From positions 1 through 58,980 of the forward strand of contig JAKQGD010000155.1 in the NCBI GenBank assembly GCA_029573365.1: a stretch of 58,980 bases of DNA. The letters are read 5' to 3'. The stretch comes from Bacteroidota bacterium. Lineage in GTDB: Bacteria > Bacteroidota > Bacteroidia > Chitinophagales > Saprospiraceae. This document shows positions 10,605 through 20,252 of this stretch, piece after piece (the stretch's first letter is position 1; each line of letters starts with the position of its first letter). The position numbers and the translations under genes are program-made. The notes beneath the pieces are model-generated. The model did no database searches, had not been told where the DNA came from, and saw only the letters and a program-made list of their open reading frames with translations.

Positions 10605-11036
10605 ATGTCTTTGATTATTTCAATATTTAAAAGGGAGGAGTTACCGACGGTGGCACGTACTTTGCTTGAAGAAGCCGGTGCAATCAGGGTTTTTACTTTC
10701 GACGGTAATCTGGGTGCGGGCAAAACCACGCTCATCAGATATCTGTGCCGCGAACTAGGCTATATGGGAGAAGTCACCAGCCCCACTTTTTCTATTATAA
10801 ATGAATATCAGTCTTATTTTGGTGACTTATGCCACATGGATTTGTACAGACTGCGTAGCCCACAGGAAGCTGAGGAAACAGGCCTGTGGGAATACATCCA
10901 CAGTGGCAGATATTGTTTTATTGAGTGGCCTGATATTATCCTTCCCTACATAGACACGTCGTATTTGTCAGTAAAAATCGAATCCGGTGAGGGCGAAAAC
11001 CGGAAAATAATTGTCGACAAACATATGGTATACTGA
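10605..11036 (+). CDS. tsaE: tRNA threonylcarbamoyladenosine (t6A) biosynthesis ATPase TsaE
   Basis: P-loop GNLGAGKTTLIRYLCRELG, SPTFSIINEY, HMDLYRL. I start at ATG 10605 (MSLIISIFKREEL...) rather than the ORF-track 10551, which would overlap the upstream gene by 38 nt. Confidence 0.9.
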   Translation: MSLIISIFKREELPTVARTLLEEAGAIRVFTFDGNLGAGKTTLIRYLCRELGYMGEVTSPTFSIINEYQSYFGDLCHMDLYRLRSPQEAEETGLWEYIHSGRYCFIEWPDIILPYIDTSYLSVKIESGEGENRKIIVDKHMVY

Positions 11037-11156
11037 CAAATACCAGCAATGTAGCCAATGGATAAAAACTGAAAGGAAAAATATTACTTTTCGTTGGCGT
11101 ATTGCTCCTTATTGACCTATAGGCACACTATTAAAAAACCAACGATGCACTAAATC

Positions 11157-11188
11157 TTTGTTGTACTATCTAAAAATATGTAGTTTTG
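11157..11188 (+). promoter_or_regulatory. Candidate Bacteroidota sigma-A promoter for the alanine-dehydrogenase-like gene
   Basis: TTTG (11157-11160), a 20-nt spacer, then TAGTTTTG (11181-11188), 26 nt upstream of the ATG at 11214. Confidence 0.4.
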
Positions 11189-11213
11189 TCATTTACACTG
11201 CCATTTACGGAGC

Positions 11214-12440
11214 ATGCCGATAAAACCCATTGTTTTTTCAGAGTTTTTTACGGAGGGCCAATACGAAACTGAGGTCGAGACTCTCGCCATAAGTGAAAAA
11301 AAGCAAAGCCTGACCATTGGTATACCAAAAGAAACCATCCTCCACGAGCACCGAGTGGCCCTTGTGCCTGCGTCTATAAGGTCATTGACAGGTTATGGTC
11401 ACAAAGTGGTGGTGGAATCTGGAGCCGGCAAGAAATCTTTTTTCAGTGATCACCATTTTTCGGAAGCTGGGGCTACCATCGTGCACAGCCGTGAAGAGGT
11501 TTTTAAGTCGCAGGTTTTGATAAAAATAGCACCTCCTACCTCAGAGGAGATAGATCTCATGCAGACCGAACAAGTGTTGATATCTCCATTGCAGTTGCCA
11601 GTACTCAAAGATGATTACCTTATCAAGCTGCAGAAAAAAAGAATCACAGCATTAGCTATGGAATACCTGAGGTCCGACGACGGTACATACCCTATAGTCA
11701 GGATCATGAGTGAAATAGCCGGGACAAGTGCCATCCTTACCGCGGCAGAATACCTCACAAATACCCGCGAAGGTGGAAGAGGTGTGCTTCTGGGAGGTAT
11801 TTCCGGTGTACCCCCTGCCAAGATAGTGATATTGGGAGCAGGTGTGGTAGCAGAATCAGCCATCAAGGTAGCTATAGGTCTGGGAGCCTCCATCAGGGTT
11901 TTTGACAACAACATCATTAAGCTCATGAGGCTGCAGAATGCCGTAGGCAGACACCTGCATACCTCGTCACTCAATCCCGTATATTTGGCATACCAGCTTA
12001 CCAGTGCTGATGTAGTCATAGGGGCCATCCACTCCAAGAGCGGCCGTACTCCGGTCATAGTGACTGAGGAGATGGTATCAAAGATGAAAGACGGAGCTGT
12101 AATCATAGACATAAGCATAGATCAGGGTGGATGTTTCGAGACCTCACAGATGACTACCCTGGACAATCCCAGCTTTATAAAACATGGAGTCATTCACTAT
12201 TGTGTGCCCAATATTGCTTCTAAAGTGAGCCGCACTTCTTCCAGTGCCATCAGCAACATCATCACGCCTCTGCTCCTGAAGATGGGTACCACGAGCCACT
12301 TTGACAATCTACTTTATGACCATCAAGGCATAAGACACGGTTGTTATACATACAAAGGATGCATTACCAACGAATACTTAAGCAATCGATTCGGACTCAA
12401 ATACACAAGCCTCGATCTGCTGATGACAAGCAAACATTAA
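11214..12440 (+). CDS. ald: Alanine dehydrogenase-like protein (AlaDH/PNT family)
   Basis: 408 aa. IGIPKETILHEHRVALVP, ITALAMEY, SEIAGTSAILTAAEYL, and Rossmann motif KIVILGAGVVAESAIKVAIGLGASIRVFD. Confidence 0.8.
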   Translation: MPIKPIVFSEFFTEGQYETEVETLAISEKKQSLTIGIPKETILHEHRVALVPASIRSLTGYGHKVVVESGAGKKSFFSDHHFSEAGATIVHSREEVFKSQVLIKIAPPTSEEIDLMQTEQVLISPLQLPVLKDDYLIKLQKKRITALAMEYLRSDDGTYPIVRIMSEIAGTSAILTAAEYLTNTREGGRGVLLGGISGVPPAKIVILGAGVVAESAIKVAIGLGASIRVFDNNIIKLMRLQNAVGRHLHTSSLNPVYLAYQLTSADVVIGAIHSKSGRTPVIVTEEMVSKMKDGAVIIDISIDQGGCFETSQMTTLDNPSFIKHGVIHYCVPNIASKVSRTSSSAISNIITPLLLKMGTTSHFDNLLYDHQGIRHGCYTYKGCITNEYLSNRFGLKYTSLDLLMTSKH

Positions 12441-12473
12441 ACGAAATTTAATTTTTAAAAGAAAAATATTAAA

Positions 12474-13028
12474 ATGGACACCGGTACTTTGATAATAAAA
12501 GTCAACAAATACAAACAGATACTACAAAACACAGAAAAATTTCGCCAGTCTTGGCACAGCGAAATCAAGCCTATGCTGCAGCATACACTCGAGGAAGTGG
12601 TTAAACAATCAGCCCTGCCCAAAGCGGTAATTGAAATACGGGACAATATAGAAAATCTGGAAGCCATCGTCCTTGATCTGGGCCGTTCCAGCAGCGGTAT
12701 TTCTGAACACGTCGAGGACACAGGTGTCAAGAGGACCATGGTAAAATCTAACGGATCTCTTATTTATCAGCAGTTGTTTAACGGAAAGGTTATGGTCATG
12801 ACGGTGGCCCCTCATATCGAAGGATACGGACAACCCAAACCCCCTACTACGCTTGAAATACTCAGACCTGACGAAATCAAACCTCCATACATCTTGAGAC
12901 ATCTGGATACTTTCTTTAATGAAATAACCGAATGGGAGGATTTTGATGACGACCAGCAAAGGCCCACAACCATAGGATTCAACCCTACAGGCCTTATCAA
13001 CAGCCATCCGGAAGAAGCTGTACAGTGA
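12474..13028 (+). CDS. Hypothetical protein
   Basis: 184-aa ORF with coding-like composition. No signal peptide and no motif recognised. Confidence 0.6.
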   Translation: MDTGTLIIKVNKYKQILQNTEKFRQSWHSEIKPMLQHTLEEVVKQSALPKAVIEIRDNIENLEAIVLDLGRSSSGISEHVEDTGVKRTMVKSNGSLIYQQLFNGKVMVMTVAPHIEGYGQPKPPTTLEILRPDEIKPPYILRHLDTFFNEITEWEDFDDDQQRPTTIGFNPTGLINSHPEEAVQ

Positions 13029-13068
13029 CAGGTATTTTTTATTTTCTGCCCGGATAGAAAACCGGAAA

Positions 13069-14460
13069 TTACATCTCCTTAAGCTCGTTAACGACTTTGG
13101 TAAGTGTGGCCTTGGCATCTCCAAAAAGCATCAGACAATTAGGATAACCAAAGAGTTCGTTTTCTATGCCTGCATATCCTGATGCCATACTTCGCTTGCT
13201 GACGATCACGGTTTTTGCCTTGTCAGCATTGATGATCGGCATGCCAAAAATAGGTGAACTTTTATCGTGTCTGGCTGCAGGGTTTACAACGTCATTGGCA
13301 CCTACTACGTAGACTATGTCTGTGTTTGACAAATCATCATCTATCTGCTCAGGCTCCAGCAACCTGTCATAGGGAACATTAGACTCAGCAAGGAGTACGT
13401 TCATGTGCCCCGGCATACGACCTGCTACAGGGTGGATGGCAAATCTTACATTGATGTTTTTCTTAAGCAGGATTTCCATGAGTTCTTTGACTGCATGCTG
13501 AGCCTGAGCGACAGCCATACCGTAACCAGGTACTATCACTACTGAGGAGGCACTGTCAAAAAGCATGGCCGCTTCTTCTACGCCTACTTCCTTGACCACG
13601 AGATCAGACTTACCACCTACGGTGGCTACTGTGCCTGCAGTCTGGCCAAAACCTCCCATGACTACATTGAGCAACGAACGGTTCATACCCTTGCACATGA
13701 TATCTGTGAGGATGATGCCTGACGATCCTACCAGTGCACCGGCGACAATAAGCATATAATTGTTTAGTACAAATCCTGTGGCACAGGCTGCCATTCCCGA
13801 GTATGAGTTTAGCAATGAAATGACCACCGGCATATCAGCTCCTCCGATGGGTATGACTACAAGAACTCCCAGCAGCAATGAGATAAATAGGAGTATATAC
13901 ATCCCGGTTACCCATCCCTGGTTATACATCACCATAGCCGCTCCGGCAATACCTACAACAAGCAGCAGCAGGTTGAGCATATGCTGGCCTTTAAATACGA
14001 TGGCATTACCATTTATCCTACCGCTTAGTTTGCCAAAAGCTACGTAAGAACCTGTAAATGTCACGCCACCTATCAGGATGGAGAGAAGGATGCTGACTAG
14101 GGTCACAGTGTGTATGTCCTGTGTATTTTCGTAAGACTCACGCCAGTATTCTGACAGTCCTACACCTACTGACGCAAGACCTCCAAAACCATTGAACAAG
14201 GCCACCATCTCAGGCATCTGGGTCATCTCTACCTTTTTGGCCACATAAAAGCCGATGGCTGATCCTATGACAATACAAATAAGGATTTCAGGCAGAGTCA
14301 TAACGTTTAATTGTACCATTGTGGCTACAATAGCTATGAGCATACCTATGGCTGATATACTGTTTCCATTTCTGGCCGTAGCCGGTTTATTCATCCTTTT
14401 GATGCCAATGATAAAAAGGATAGAGGCAAGAAGATATGCCAGTTTTATAATGATATCCAT
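13069..14460 (-). CDS. pntB: NAD(P) transhydrogenase subunit beta
   Basis: 463 aa. Polytopic N-terminal half plus the C-terminal dIII domain: VVIVPGYGMAVAQAQH, HPVAGRMPGHMNVLLAE, GANDVVNPAA. Confidence 0.96.
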   Translation of the reverse strand: MDIIIKLAYLLASILFIIGIKRMNKPATARNGNSISAIGMLIAIVATMVQLNVMTLPEILICIVIGSAIGFYVAKKVEMTQMPEMVALFNGFGGLASVGVGLSEYWRESYENTQDIHTVTLVSILLSILIGGVTFTGSYVAFGKLSGRINGNAIVFKGQHMLNLLLLVVGIAGAAMVMYNQGWVTGMYILLFISLLLGVLVVIPIGGADMPVVISLLNSYSGMAACATGFVLNNYMLIVAGALVGSSGIILTDIMCKGMNRSLLNVVMGGFGQTAGTVATVGGKSDLVVKEVGVEEAAMLFDSASSVVIVPGYGMAVAQAQHAVKELMEILLKKNINVRFAIHPVAGRMPGHMNVLLAESNVPYDRLLEPEQIDDDLSNTDIVYVVGANDVVNPAARHDKSSPIFGMPIINADKAKTVIVSKRSMASGYAGIENELFGYPNCLMLFGDAKATLTKVVNELKEM

Positions 14461-14462
14461 GG

Positions 14463-14747
14463 TTATTTTTTAAACATCTTTAACATTCGGTCAGTGACGG
14501 CGTAGCCACCTACCACATTGATCATGGCCAGTATGATGGCCAGCATTCCCAGGATTTTGCTAAATTGGGTGTACCCCAACTGATTACAGCAAAGAATCGA
14601 TCCTACTATGGTGATGCCTGAAATCGCATTGGACCCGGACATCAGTGGTGTGTGCAGGGTAGGAGGTATTTTAGAAATCAATTCAAACCCGCAATAGCTG
14701 GCCAGAATGAGTACATAAAGGAGAGCAATCAGAATTTCTATGGTCAT
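14463..14747 (-). CDS. pntAB: NAD(P) transhydrogenase subunit alpha part 2 (membrane part)
   Basis: Small hydrophobic protein MTIEILIALLYVLILASYCGFELISKIPPTLHTPLMSGSNAISGITIVG. I use ATG 14747; the ORF-track start at 14804 would overlap pntAA. Confidence 0.88.
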   Translation of the reverse strand: MTIEILIALLYVLILASYCGFELISKIPPTLHTPLMSGSNAISGITIVGSILCCNQLGYTQFSKILGMLAIILAMINVVGGYAVTDRMLKMFKK

Positions 14748-14772
14748 TTTGCTTGATTTTAATATTAATAAA

Positions 14773-15903
14773 TCAAAGGCCCAGGGCGGTTTTTGTCGAC
14801 TCATGTACCACCTGCCCCTGATGAGTAATAAGGCAACCTTTGGTGATTTCTTCGTCCAGTTCCCACTTAAAACCTTCTTTGCCTGTCAGATGTGTGAGCA
14901 AGGCAGTCACGTTTTTCGAATAAAGTTCACTTGCGTTTTGAGACAACTGACCAGGCAGGTTGAGTTCGCCCATGATGGTGACTCCGTTGTGCTCTATGGT
15001 TTTTCCTGCCTGTGTAAGGGCACAGTTGCCTCCGCTTTCAGCGGCAAGGTCTACGATGACGGCACCTCTTTTCATGGCATCTACCATTTCGGGGGTGATG
15101 AGGATCGGTGATTTTTTACCTTGAACAGCTGCTGTGGTGATGACAAGGTCTGCATCCGCCACGTGCTTGTTGATCATTTCTTTTTGTTTTCTAAGGTATT
15201 CCTCTGATACCTGGGTTACGTAACCGCCTTCTACTTTAACGGATTCGTCACCCTCCACCTGGAGAAAGCGTCCTCCCAGCGATTCTACTTCTTCCTTGGT
15301 CCCCGGCCTTATGTCGGTAACTTCCACGACAGCACCCAGCCTTTTGGCTGTGGCCAGGGCTTGCAGGCCTGCTACACCGGCTCCAAAAATTAGAACCTTG
15401 GAAGGAGTAATGGTGCCGGCAGCGGTCATCATCAGTGGAAAAATCCTGCCCAGACCATTGGCCCCCATTATGACGGCTTTATAACCTCCGAGGCTTGCTT
15501 GTGAGCTGAGAGCATCCATGCGTTGAGCCTTGGTAGTTCTGGGTATGGCATCCATAGAAAATGCCGATATCTTCCTGCCAGCCAAAGCCTTGACTGTATC
15601 ACCATTGGCGAAAGCATACATAAAAGAAATAAGAACACTTCCTTCCTTCATTTGTGAGATATCCTCTGCTGTGGGAAGATTGACCCTGAGGTGCACATCG
15701 CCATTGGAGAGCAGCTCATTTCTGTGGGCGGAAATGCTTGCTCCGGCCTTTGTGAACTGTTCGTCATCCAAGGAAGAGGCCAGGCCGGCCCCTTTTTCGA
15801 TATGACATTCAAAACCCGCCTTGATAAGTGCCTTGACTCCGTCTGGCGTGAGTGCCACACGGTTTTCTGAGGGTTTGTTTTCTTTAACTACGACTACCTT
15901 CAT
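14773..15903 (-). CDS. pntAA: NAD(P) transhydrogenase subunit alpha part 1 (dI)
   Basis: 376 aa. VVVKENKPSENRVALTPDGVKAL, and Rossmann motif KVLIFGAGVAGLQALATAKRLGAVVEVTDIR. Confidence 0.95.
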   Translation of the reverse strand: MKVVVVKENKPSENRVALTPDGVKALIKAGFECHIEKGAGLASSLDDEQFTKAGASISAHRNELLSNGDVHLRVNLPTAEDISQMKEGSVLISFMYAFANGDTVKALAGRKISAFSMDAIPRTTKAQRMDALSSQASLGGYKAVIMGANGLGRIFPLMMTAAGTITPSKVLIFGAGVAGLQALATAKRLGAVVEVTDIRPGTKEEVESLGGRFLQVEGDESVKVEGGYVTQVSEEYLRKQKEMINKHVADADLVITTAAVQGKKSPILITPEMVDAMKRGAVIVDLAAESGGNCALTQAGKTIEHNGVTIMGELNLPGQLSQNASELYSKNVTALLTHLTGKEGFKWELDEEITKGCLITHQGQVVHESTKTALGL

Positions 15904-16188
15904 GATGGTGATATGATGTGTGAATACCCTTTATCCATTTATTGGCAACGCAAAATGTCGCTCTGATAAAGTGCCCGTTGGGCTGCGGCCATAAATAGCA
16001 AGGCGAAGATAACAAATATAACCGTGGAAGTTATTATGATTTGTATCTTAAAAAGTGGTGACTTTGCTCATTTTTACTATGAAATTGGCGAAAGCCTATA
16101 AATTTAAAAAAAAATGCGGGTTCTGCTGCCAACAGTTGACTCAAAATACAGTTGTTTCATGAGACTTGACGGATATTAGCGGAGTCTC

Positions 16189-16758
16189 TTATTTTCTTTT
16201 GCTAATAAGCATTCTGAAAGGATCCTCGGCCGTATCATACATGCTGAGGCCGTATTTTTCTATTTTGTTGATTAGCTTTTGAGAATAATTTTCGTCGGTG
16301 GCATAACCACAATACTTAAGGCCATATGCCCATCCTGTATAATCTGTCTGGCTGTATGTAAAAAGTGGTGCATATCGGTCTGTCTGCATCAGAAAATTGG
16401 ATCTGTCGATATACGAATCTATATCTGTGTCATAAGCTCTGAAGCAGGACTCCAGCAGTTCTCCCTTCTTATTGTAGTCATCGTCCTTGTGGTAATAAGT
16501 CTTTCCGGTCCAGTAGCTTTTACACTTGATTCCAAAATGATTGTTGGCTTCCGTTGCCAGTACACTCGTACCGTAATTTGACTCATGCAGACCCTGGGCC
16601 AGGGTAATGCTGGCAGGAATGCCTGTTCTGTACATTTCTACTATGGCTAGTTCCTTATAAGCAGAGATGTATTCAAAAGCGGCTGACTCCGGATTAAAAT
16701 CAAAAGATGAAAACAGGAAAAAACTTCCTGCCAAGATCAATACTCTTCCAAACGACAT
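16189..16758 (-). CDS. Glucosaminidase-domain protein (mannosyl-glycoprotein endo-beta-N-acetylglucosaminidase / FlgJ-like muramidase)
   Basis: 189 aa with a signal peptide. GIPASITLAQGLHESNYGTS...NNHFGIKC...CFRAY...GYATDENYSQKLI is typical of the family. Confidence 0.85.
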   Translation of the reverse strand: MSFGRVLILAGSFFLFSSFDFNPESAAFEYISAYKELAIVEMYRTGIPASITLAQGLHESNYGTSVLATEANNHFGIKCKSYWTGKTYYHKDDDYNKKGELLESCFRAYDTDIDSYIDRSNFLMQTDRYAPLFTYSQTDYTGWAYGLKYCGYATDENYSQKLINKIEKYGLSMYDTAEDPFRMLISKRK

Positions 16759-16819
16759 GTTGCACTATGTTATATGAGGAAAAATCCAAATGTCGTGCCA
16801 AAGATGTAAATTATTACCC

Positions 16820-18427
16820 TTAAGGGCAAGATGTTAGCGATGTTATGATAAAATTTCCCGAATCATTGACCCTTATTCTGTAGCAGGTGCCTGTCTGGTT
16901 TTTAAGAATAAGACCCTTGGTGTAGGTTTCGACGACCAAATCGCTGTCATGCACTTTAACCGGCCGTGCGATGTCAGAGCAATTCAAACCTTCTGAAGTA
17001 AATGTGCCGGTGTCGCTGATGCGGAATCTTTGACATGATCCTGTTCCATTAACGATGACCAGCCCTGACTCTGCATCAGATACAGCAATGTCATTGTTTT
17101 CGAGTTGGATGTTTGTAGCATTATAGACATGGCAGACCGTCCTTTGGGTAGTGAGGTTGTTGTCCGCATCGGCGACCAATCTGTAACAATACCCTTTTTC
17201 CGACCTTAAAATGATGCTTTGTCCGGCATTTTCGAAATAAAGGTCTCCGCCTTTTACAGATGAAACTTTGCCGGGATTGGCACCGTCACTTTGTGGCAGC
17301 TCCATTTTTAATGTAAAAAGGCCATTGTTTATGTCTGAAGCCAGGATACATCCCGAGGTTAAAAAAGGGTAAACGCCCCAGCAACCTGCAAAACCGGAAG
17401 GATATCCTGTCCCATTGTTTTGGATATAGGTATCGTAGTATGCTACTCTTTTTATGGTGTTCTGGCTGGAAACATTGGCCACATCAAAAACCTGGACTCC
17501 GTCTTCATAACAGGCCACGTACATATAATTGCCGTTGATGTGCGGGTTGTGGGGCCTGCTGTCACTGGCTATGGGAAATTCGAGGGGCTCCTTTAGAGTA
17601 CCCACGAGTTGGAGTGCCGGGTTGCCTGGTATTTTTTTAAGGACGGTTAGTGGCTCGCCCCGAGGCAATTCTGTGGCTTCCACGAGGGTAACTCCATCAT
17701 TATGCAGCCAGCTGCTGTGGTTGTATTTGCCGGAGTCATAATAATAATGTCCCGTTTCTGTGATACTGTTTACATTGGTAAGGTCCCACACCCTAAGCTT
17801 GTAATCATAAATGTGTGAGGCATAGCCCAGATTGTTTTTTACAAACATATCGTGGATGTATGTAGTAGGGAAAATTTTAATGAGGGCTGGGTTGGCGGGA
17901 GTTCCATTGTAGGTGATGCCGTCTACCACCTCAGTGTCAAGGGTGTAAATCAGTAGCCGGTCCTGGCCTGTAGAAGATTTGGAGCCCATAACATACATCC
18001 TGCCTGTAGCCTGCTCCACAAAAATTGTATGTGCCTTGGTGAAAATGTTGGTCTGCACCGTAGCAGTCATTGTATTCATATTGATGATGTGGAGGCCACT
18101 GTAACATGGTCCGTCACAGACAGAATACACGTAATTCTGAAAAGAGGCAAACTCCCTCCAGGACGTATTGTATGTGTCAGAAAGTGTGAGGACGTTTACC
18201 GGATTTCCGCAATCGTTCACATTAAAAATATTGATGGCTGTCTTGCTGCCTATTATAGCAAATTCATTTCCTCCGGCATCCTTGTAACCAAAGACAGCAC
18301 TGCAGTCACCTCCGGGAAGGCCGGTGACATTGGCCATTTTTTTCATGTTAAATCCCTGTGCTGTTACATGCAGGGCACTCAACGACAATATGATTGAAAA
18401 ATAAAAAATTAAACTCTTTCGATACAT
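16820..18427 (-). CDS. Secreted beta-propeller-like protein (choice-of-anchor-B/LVIVD-like by eye) with three C-terminal Cys-bracketed repeats
   Basis: 535 aa. Signal peptide MYRKSLIFYFSIILSLSALHVTAQ. The N-terminal ~390 aa is rich in repeated beta-strand blades. The last 143 aa form three ~40-aa repeats (see findings). Confidence 0.8.
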   Translation of the reverse strand: MYRKSLIFYFSIILSLSALHVTAQGFNMKKMANVTGLPGGDCSAVFGYKDAGGNEFAIIGSKTAINIFNVNDCGNPVNVLTLSDTYNTSWREFASFQNYVYSVCDGPCYSGLHIINMNTMTATVQTNIFTKAHTIFVEQATGRMYVMGSKSSTGQDRLLIYTLDTEVVDGITYNGTPANPALIKIFPTTYIHDMFVKNNLGYASHIYDYKLRVWDLTNVNSITETGHYYYDSGKYNHSSWLHNDGVTLVEATELPRGEPLTVLKKIPGNPALQLVGTLKEPLEFPIASDSRPHNPHINGNYMYVACYEDGVQVFDVANVSSQNTIKRVAYYDTYIQNNGTGYPSGFAGCWGVYPFLTSGCILASDINNGLFTLKMELPQSDGANPGKVSSVKGGDLYFENAGQSIILRSEKGYCYRLVADADNNLTTQRTVCHVYNATNIQLENNDIAVSDAESGLVIVNGTGSCQRFRISDTGTFTSEGLNCSDIARPVKVHDSDLVVETYTKGLILKNQTGTCYRIRVNDSGNFIITSLTSCP

Positions 18428-18459
18428 TTTATATTTTTAGCTTGTATTAATACGTAAAA

Positions 18460-19089
18460 ATGCTTACAAATATACACCCGGAAATTGTTTCTCATCTTAG
18501 AAGCGACGAAAAACTTGCACAAATTATTGATAATGTGCAGTTAACAGTCCACAAGGAGCCGGTATCGGTGTTTGAGGACCTAGTCAGATCTATCGTATCA
18601 CAGCAATTGTCCACTACAGCCGCTGCAACTATTTACAATAGATTTATCAGCAAGGTGCAGGGTTACGGAGGACTCAGAGAAGGAATAGCTGCCATGACTA
18701 CTGAGGAAATGAGGGCTTGTGGACTTTCTTTTCAGAAGGCGGGCTATATTGCCAATGTAGCTGCACATTTTGAAAACAATGACCTCCATGTTACAGACTG
18801 GGATAAAATGTCAGATGAGGACATCATTTCTGAGCTAACCAAAATCAAAGGTGTGGGAAAATGGACAGTGGAAATGATCCTTATGTTTTCGTTGCACAGA
18901 CCTGATGTTCTGCCCCTCGACGATTTGATCATCCGCACGAAAATGATGCAGCTTTATGGCGTCAATTCAGAAAAAAAGCAGCTTGTGGCAGATCTTATGG
19001 CTGTGGCTGAGCCCTGGCGGCCATACAGAACCTACGCCTGCAGATATATATGGGCCTCCAAGGACATGAAGCCCGAAACCCTAAAATAA
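18460..19089 (+). CDS. alkA: DNA-3-methyladenine glycosylase II family protein (HhH-GPD)
   Basis: 209 aa. SIVSQQLSTTAAATIYNRF, helix-hairpin-helix LTKIKGVGKWTVEMILMF, and LPLDDLIIR carrying the catalytic Asp. Confidence 0.85.
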   Translation: MLTNIHPEIVSHLRSDEKLAQIIDNVQLTVHKEPVSVFEDLVRSIVSQQLSTTAAATIYNRFISKVQGYGGLREGIAAMTTEEMRACGLSFQKAGYIANVAAHFENNDLHVTDWDKMSDEDIISELTKIKGVGKWTVEMILMFSLHRPDVLPLDDLIIRTKMMQLYGVNSEKKQLVADLMAVAEPWRPYRTYACRYIWASKDMKPETLK

Positions 19090-19099
19090 ACCCATTTTG

Positions 19100-19468
19100 A
19101 TGAAGGAAATAACCACCATTTTACTACTTACTGTTTCCAACATTTTTATGACCATGGCCTGGTACGGGCATTTAAAATTTGCTGAGTGGAAATGGTTTTC
19201 AAAGCTGGGACTTTTTGCCGTAATTCTCATCAGCTGGGGGCTGGCCTTTTTTGAGTATTGTTTTCAAGTGCCTGCCAATAAATATGGCTACAGTGGCAAT
19301 GGCGGGCCTTTTAATTTATGGCAGTTAAAGGTTTTACAGGAAGTCATCACCCTGGTGGTTTTTACGGTGTTTACCATTCTTGTATTCAGGACAGAGAGTT
19401 TCAGGGCCAATCATTTGATAGGATTTATGTTTTTGGTCCTGGCAGTTTATTTTATATTTAAAAAATAG
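19100..19468 (+). CDS. DMT-superfamily small membrane protein (DUF486)
   Basis: Four hydrophobic helices; the MTMAWYGHLKF motif is typical of DUF486. I prefer ATG 19100 over TTG 19097. Confidence 0.8.
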   Translation: MKEITTILLLTVSNIFMTMAWYGHLKFAEWKWFSKLGLFAVILISWGLAFFEYCFQVPANKYGYSGNGGPFNLWQLKVLQEVITLVVFTVFTILVFRTESFRANHLIGFMFLVLAVYFIFKK

Positions 19469-19517
19469 GCAGCCAGAGCAGAAATTACCTTTTAGAATCC
19501 TTGTCTTCTGTAGTTTA

Positions 19518-20228
19518 TTACTTAAAGGTGAGTCTGAGAAGTTCCTTTTCTTCGTCGGCAGTGAGATACCTCCATGTGTCCATGGCCAGGTCGCCGGCCT
19601 GAAGGTGCATGATGCGTACCCGTCTTAGGCTGATGACTCTATATCCGAGGTATTCGCACATCCGTCTGATCTGCCTGTTGAGGCCCTGAGTAAGGATGAT
19701 ACTAAAGGTGTTATTATCCAGCATTCTTACCTTGCAAGGTCTGGTTACTGTATTTAGTATGGGCACCCCGGTCATCATTGTCTTGACAAAGCGGTCGTCT
19801 ATTGGTTTGTTGACAGTGACGATATATTCCTTTTCGTGGTGGTTTTCTGCCCGTAGTATGCGGTTGACAATATCACCGTCGTTGGTCAGTAGTATCAGAC
19901 CGCCTGACATCTTGTCGAGCCTACCCACAGGAAAGATTCTGTCTTCGTAGGCCAGGTGACTAATGATGTTGTCCGGCTCTCGTATGTCAGTGGTGCATAC
20001 GATGCCTTCGGGCTTATTGTAGAGTATGTAGACTGTTTTTTTATGCGGCAATACTGGGCTGCCGTCCAGCAAAACCACATCACCTGCCATGACTCTGTTT
20101 CCTTTTTTTGCCACTTCGCCATTGAGCATCACCCGGCCGGCATCGATAAGTCTGTCAGCCTCTCTGCGTGAACAAAGACCTGAATCACTTATATATTTGT
20201 TGAGGCTTATGTGCCTGTCTTCCTCCAT
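19518..20228 (-). CDS. rluF: 23S rRNA pseudouridine synthase, RluF-like (S4 domain plus RsuA/RluB/E/F catalytic domain)
   Basis: 236 aa. ISLNKYISDSGLCSRREADRLIDAGRVMLNG (S4 domain), the catalytic GRLDKMSGGLILLTNDG, and LTQGLNRQIRRMCE. Confidence 0.88.
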   Translation of the reverse strand: MEEDRHISLNKYISDSGLCSRREADRLIDAGRVMLNGEVAKKGNRVMAGDVVLLDGSPVLPHKKTVYILYNKPEGIVCTTDIREPDNIISHLAYEDRIFPVGRLDKMSGGLILLTNDGDIVNRILRAENHHEKEYIVTVNKPIDDRFVKTMMTGVPILNTVTRPCKVRMLDNNTFSIILTQGLNRQIRRMCEYLGYRVISLRRVRIMHLQAGDLAMDTWRYLTADEEKELLRLTFK

Positions 20229-20252
20229 GGTCTTATAATTACCCCGATCCGA

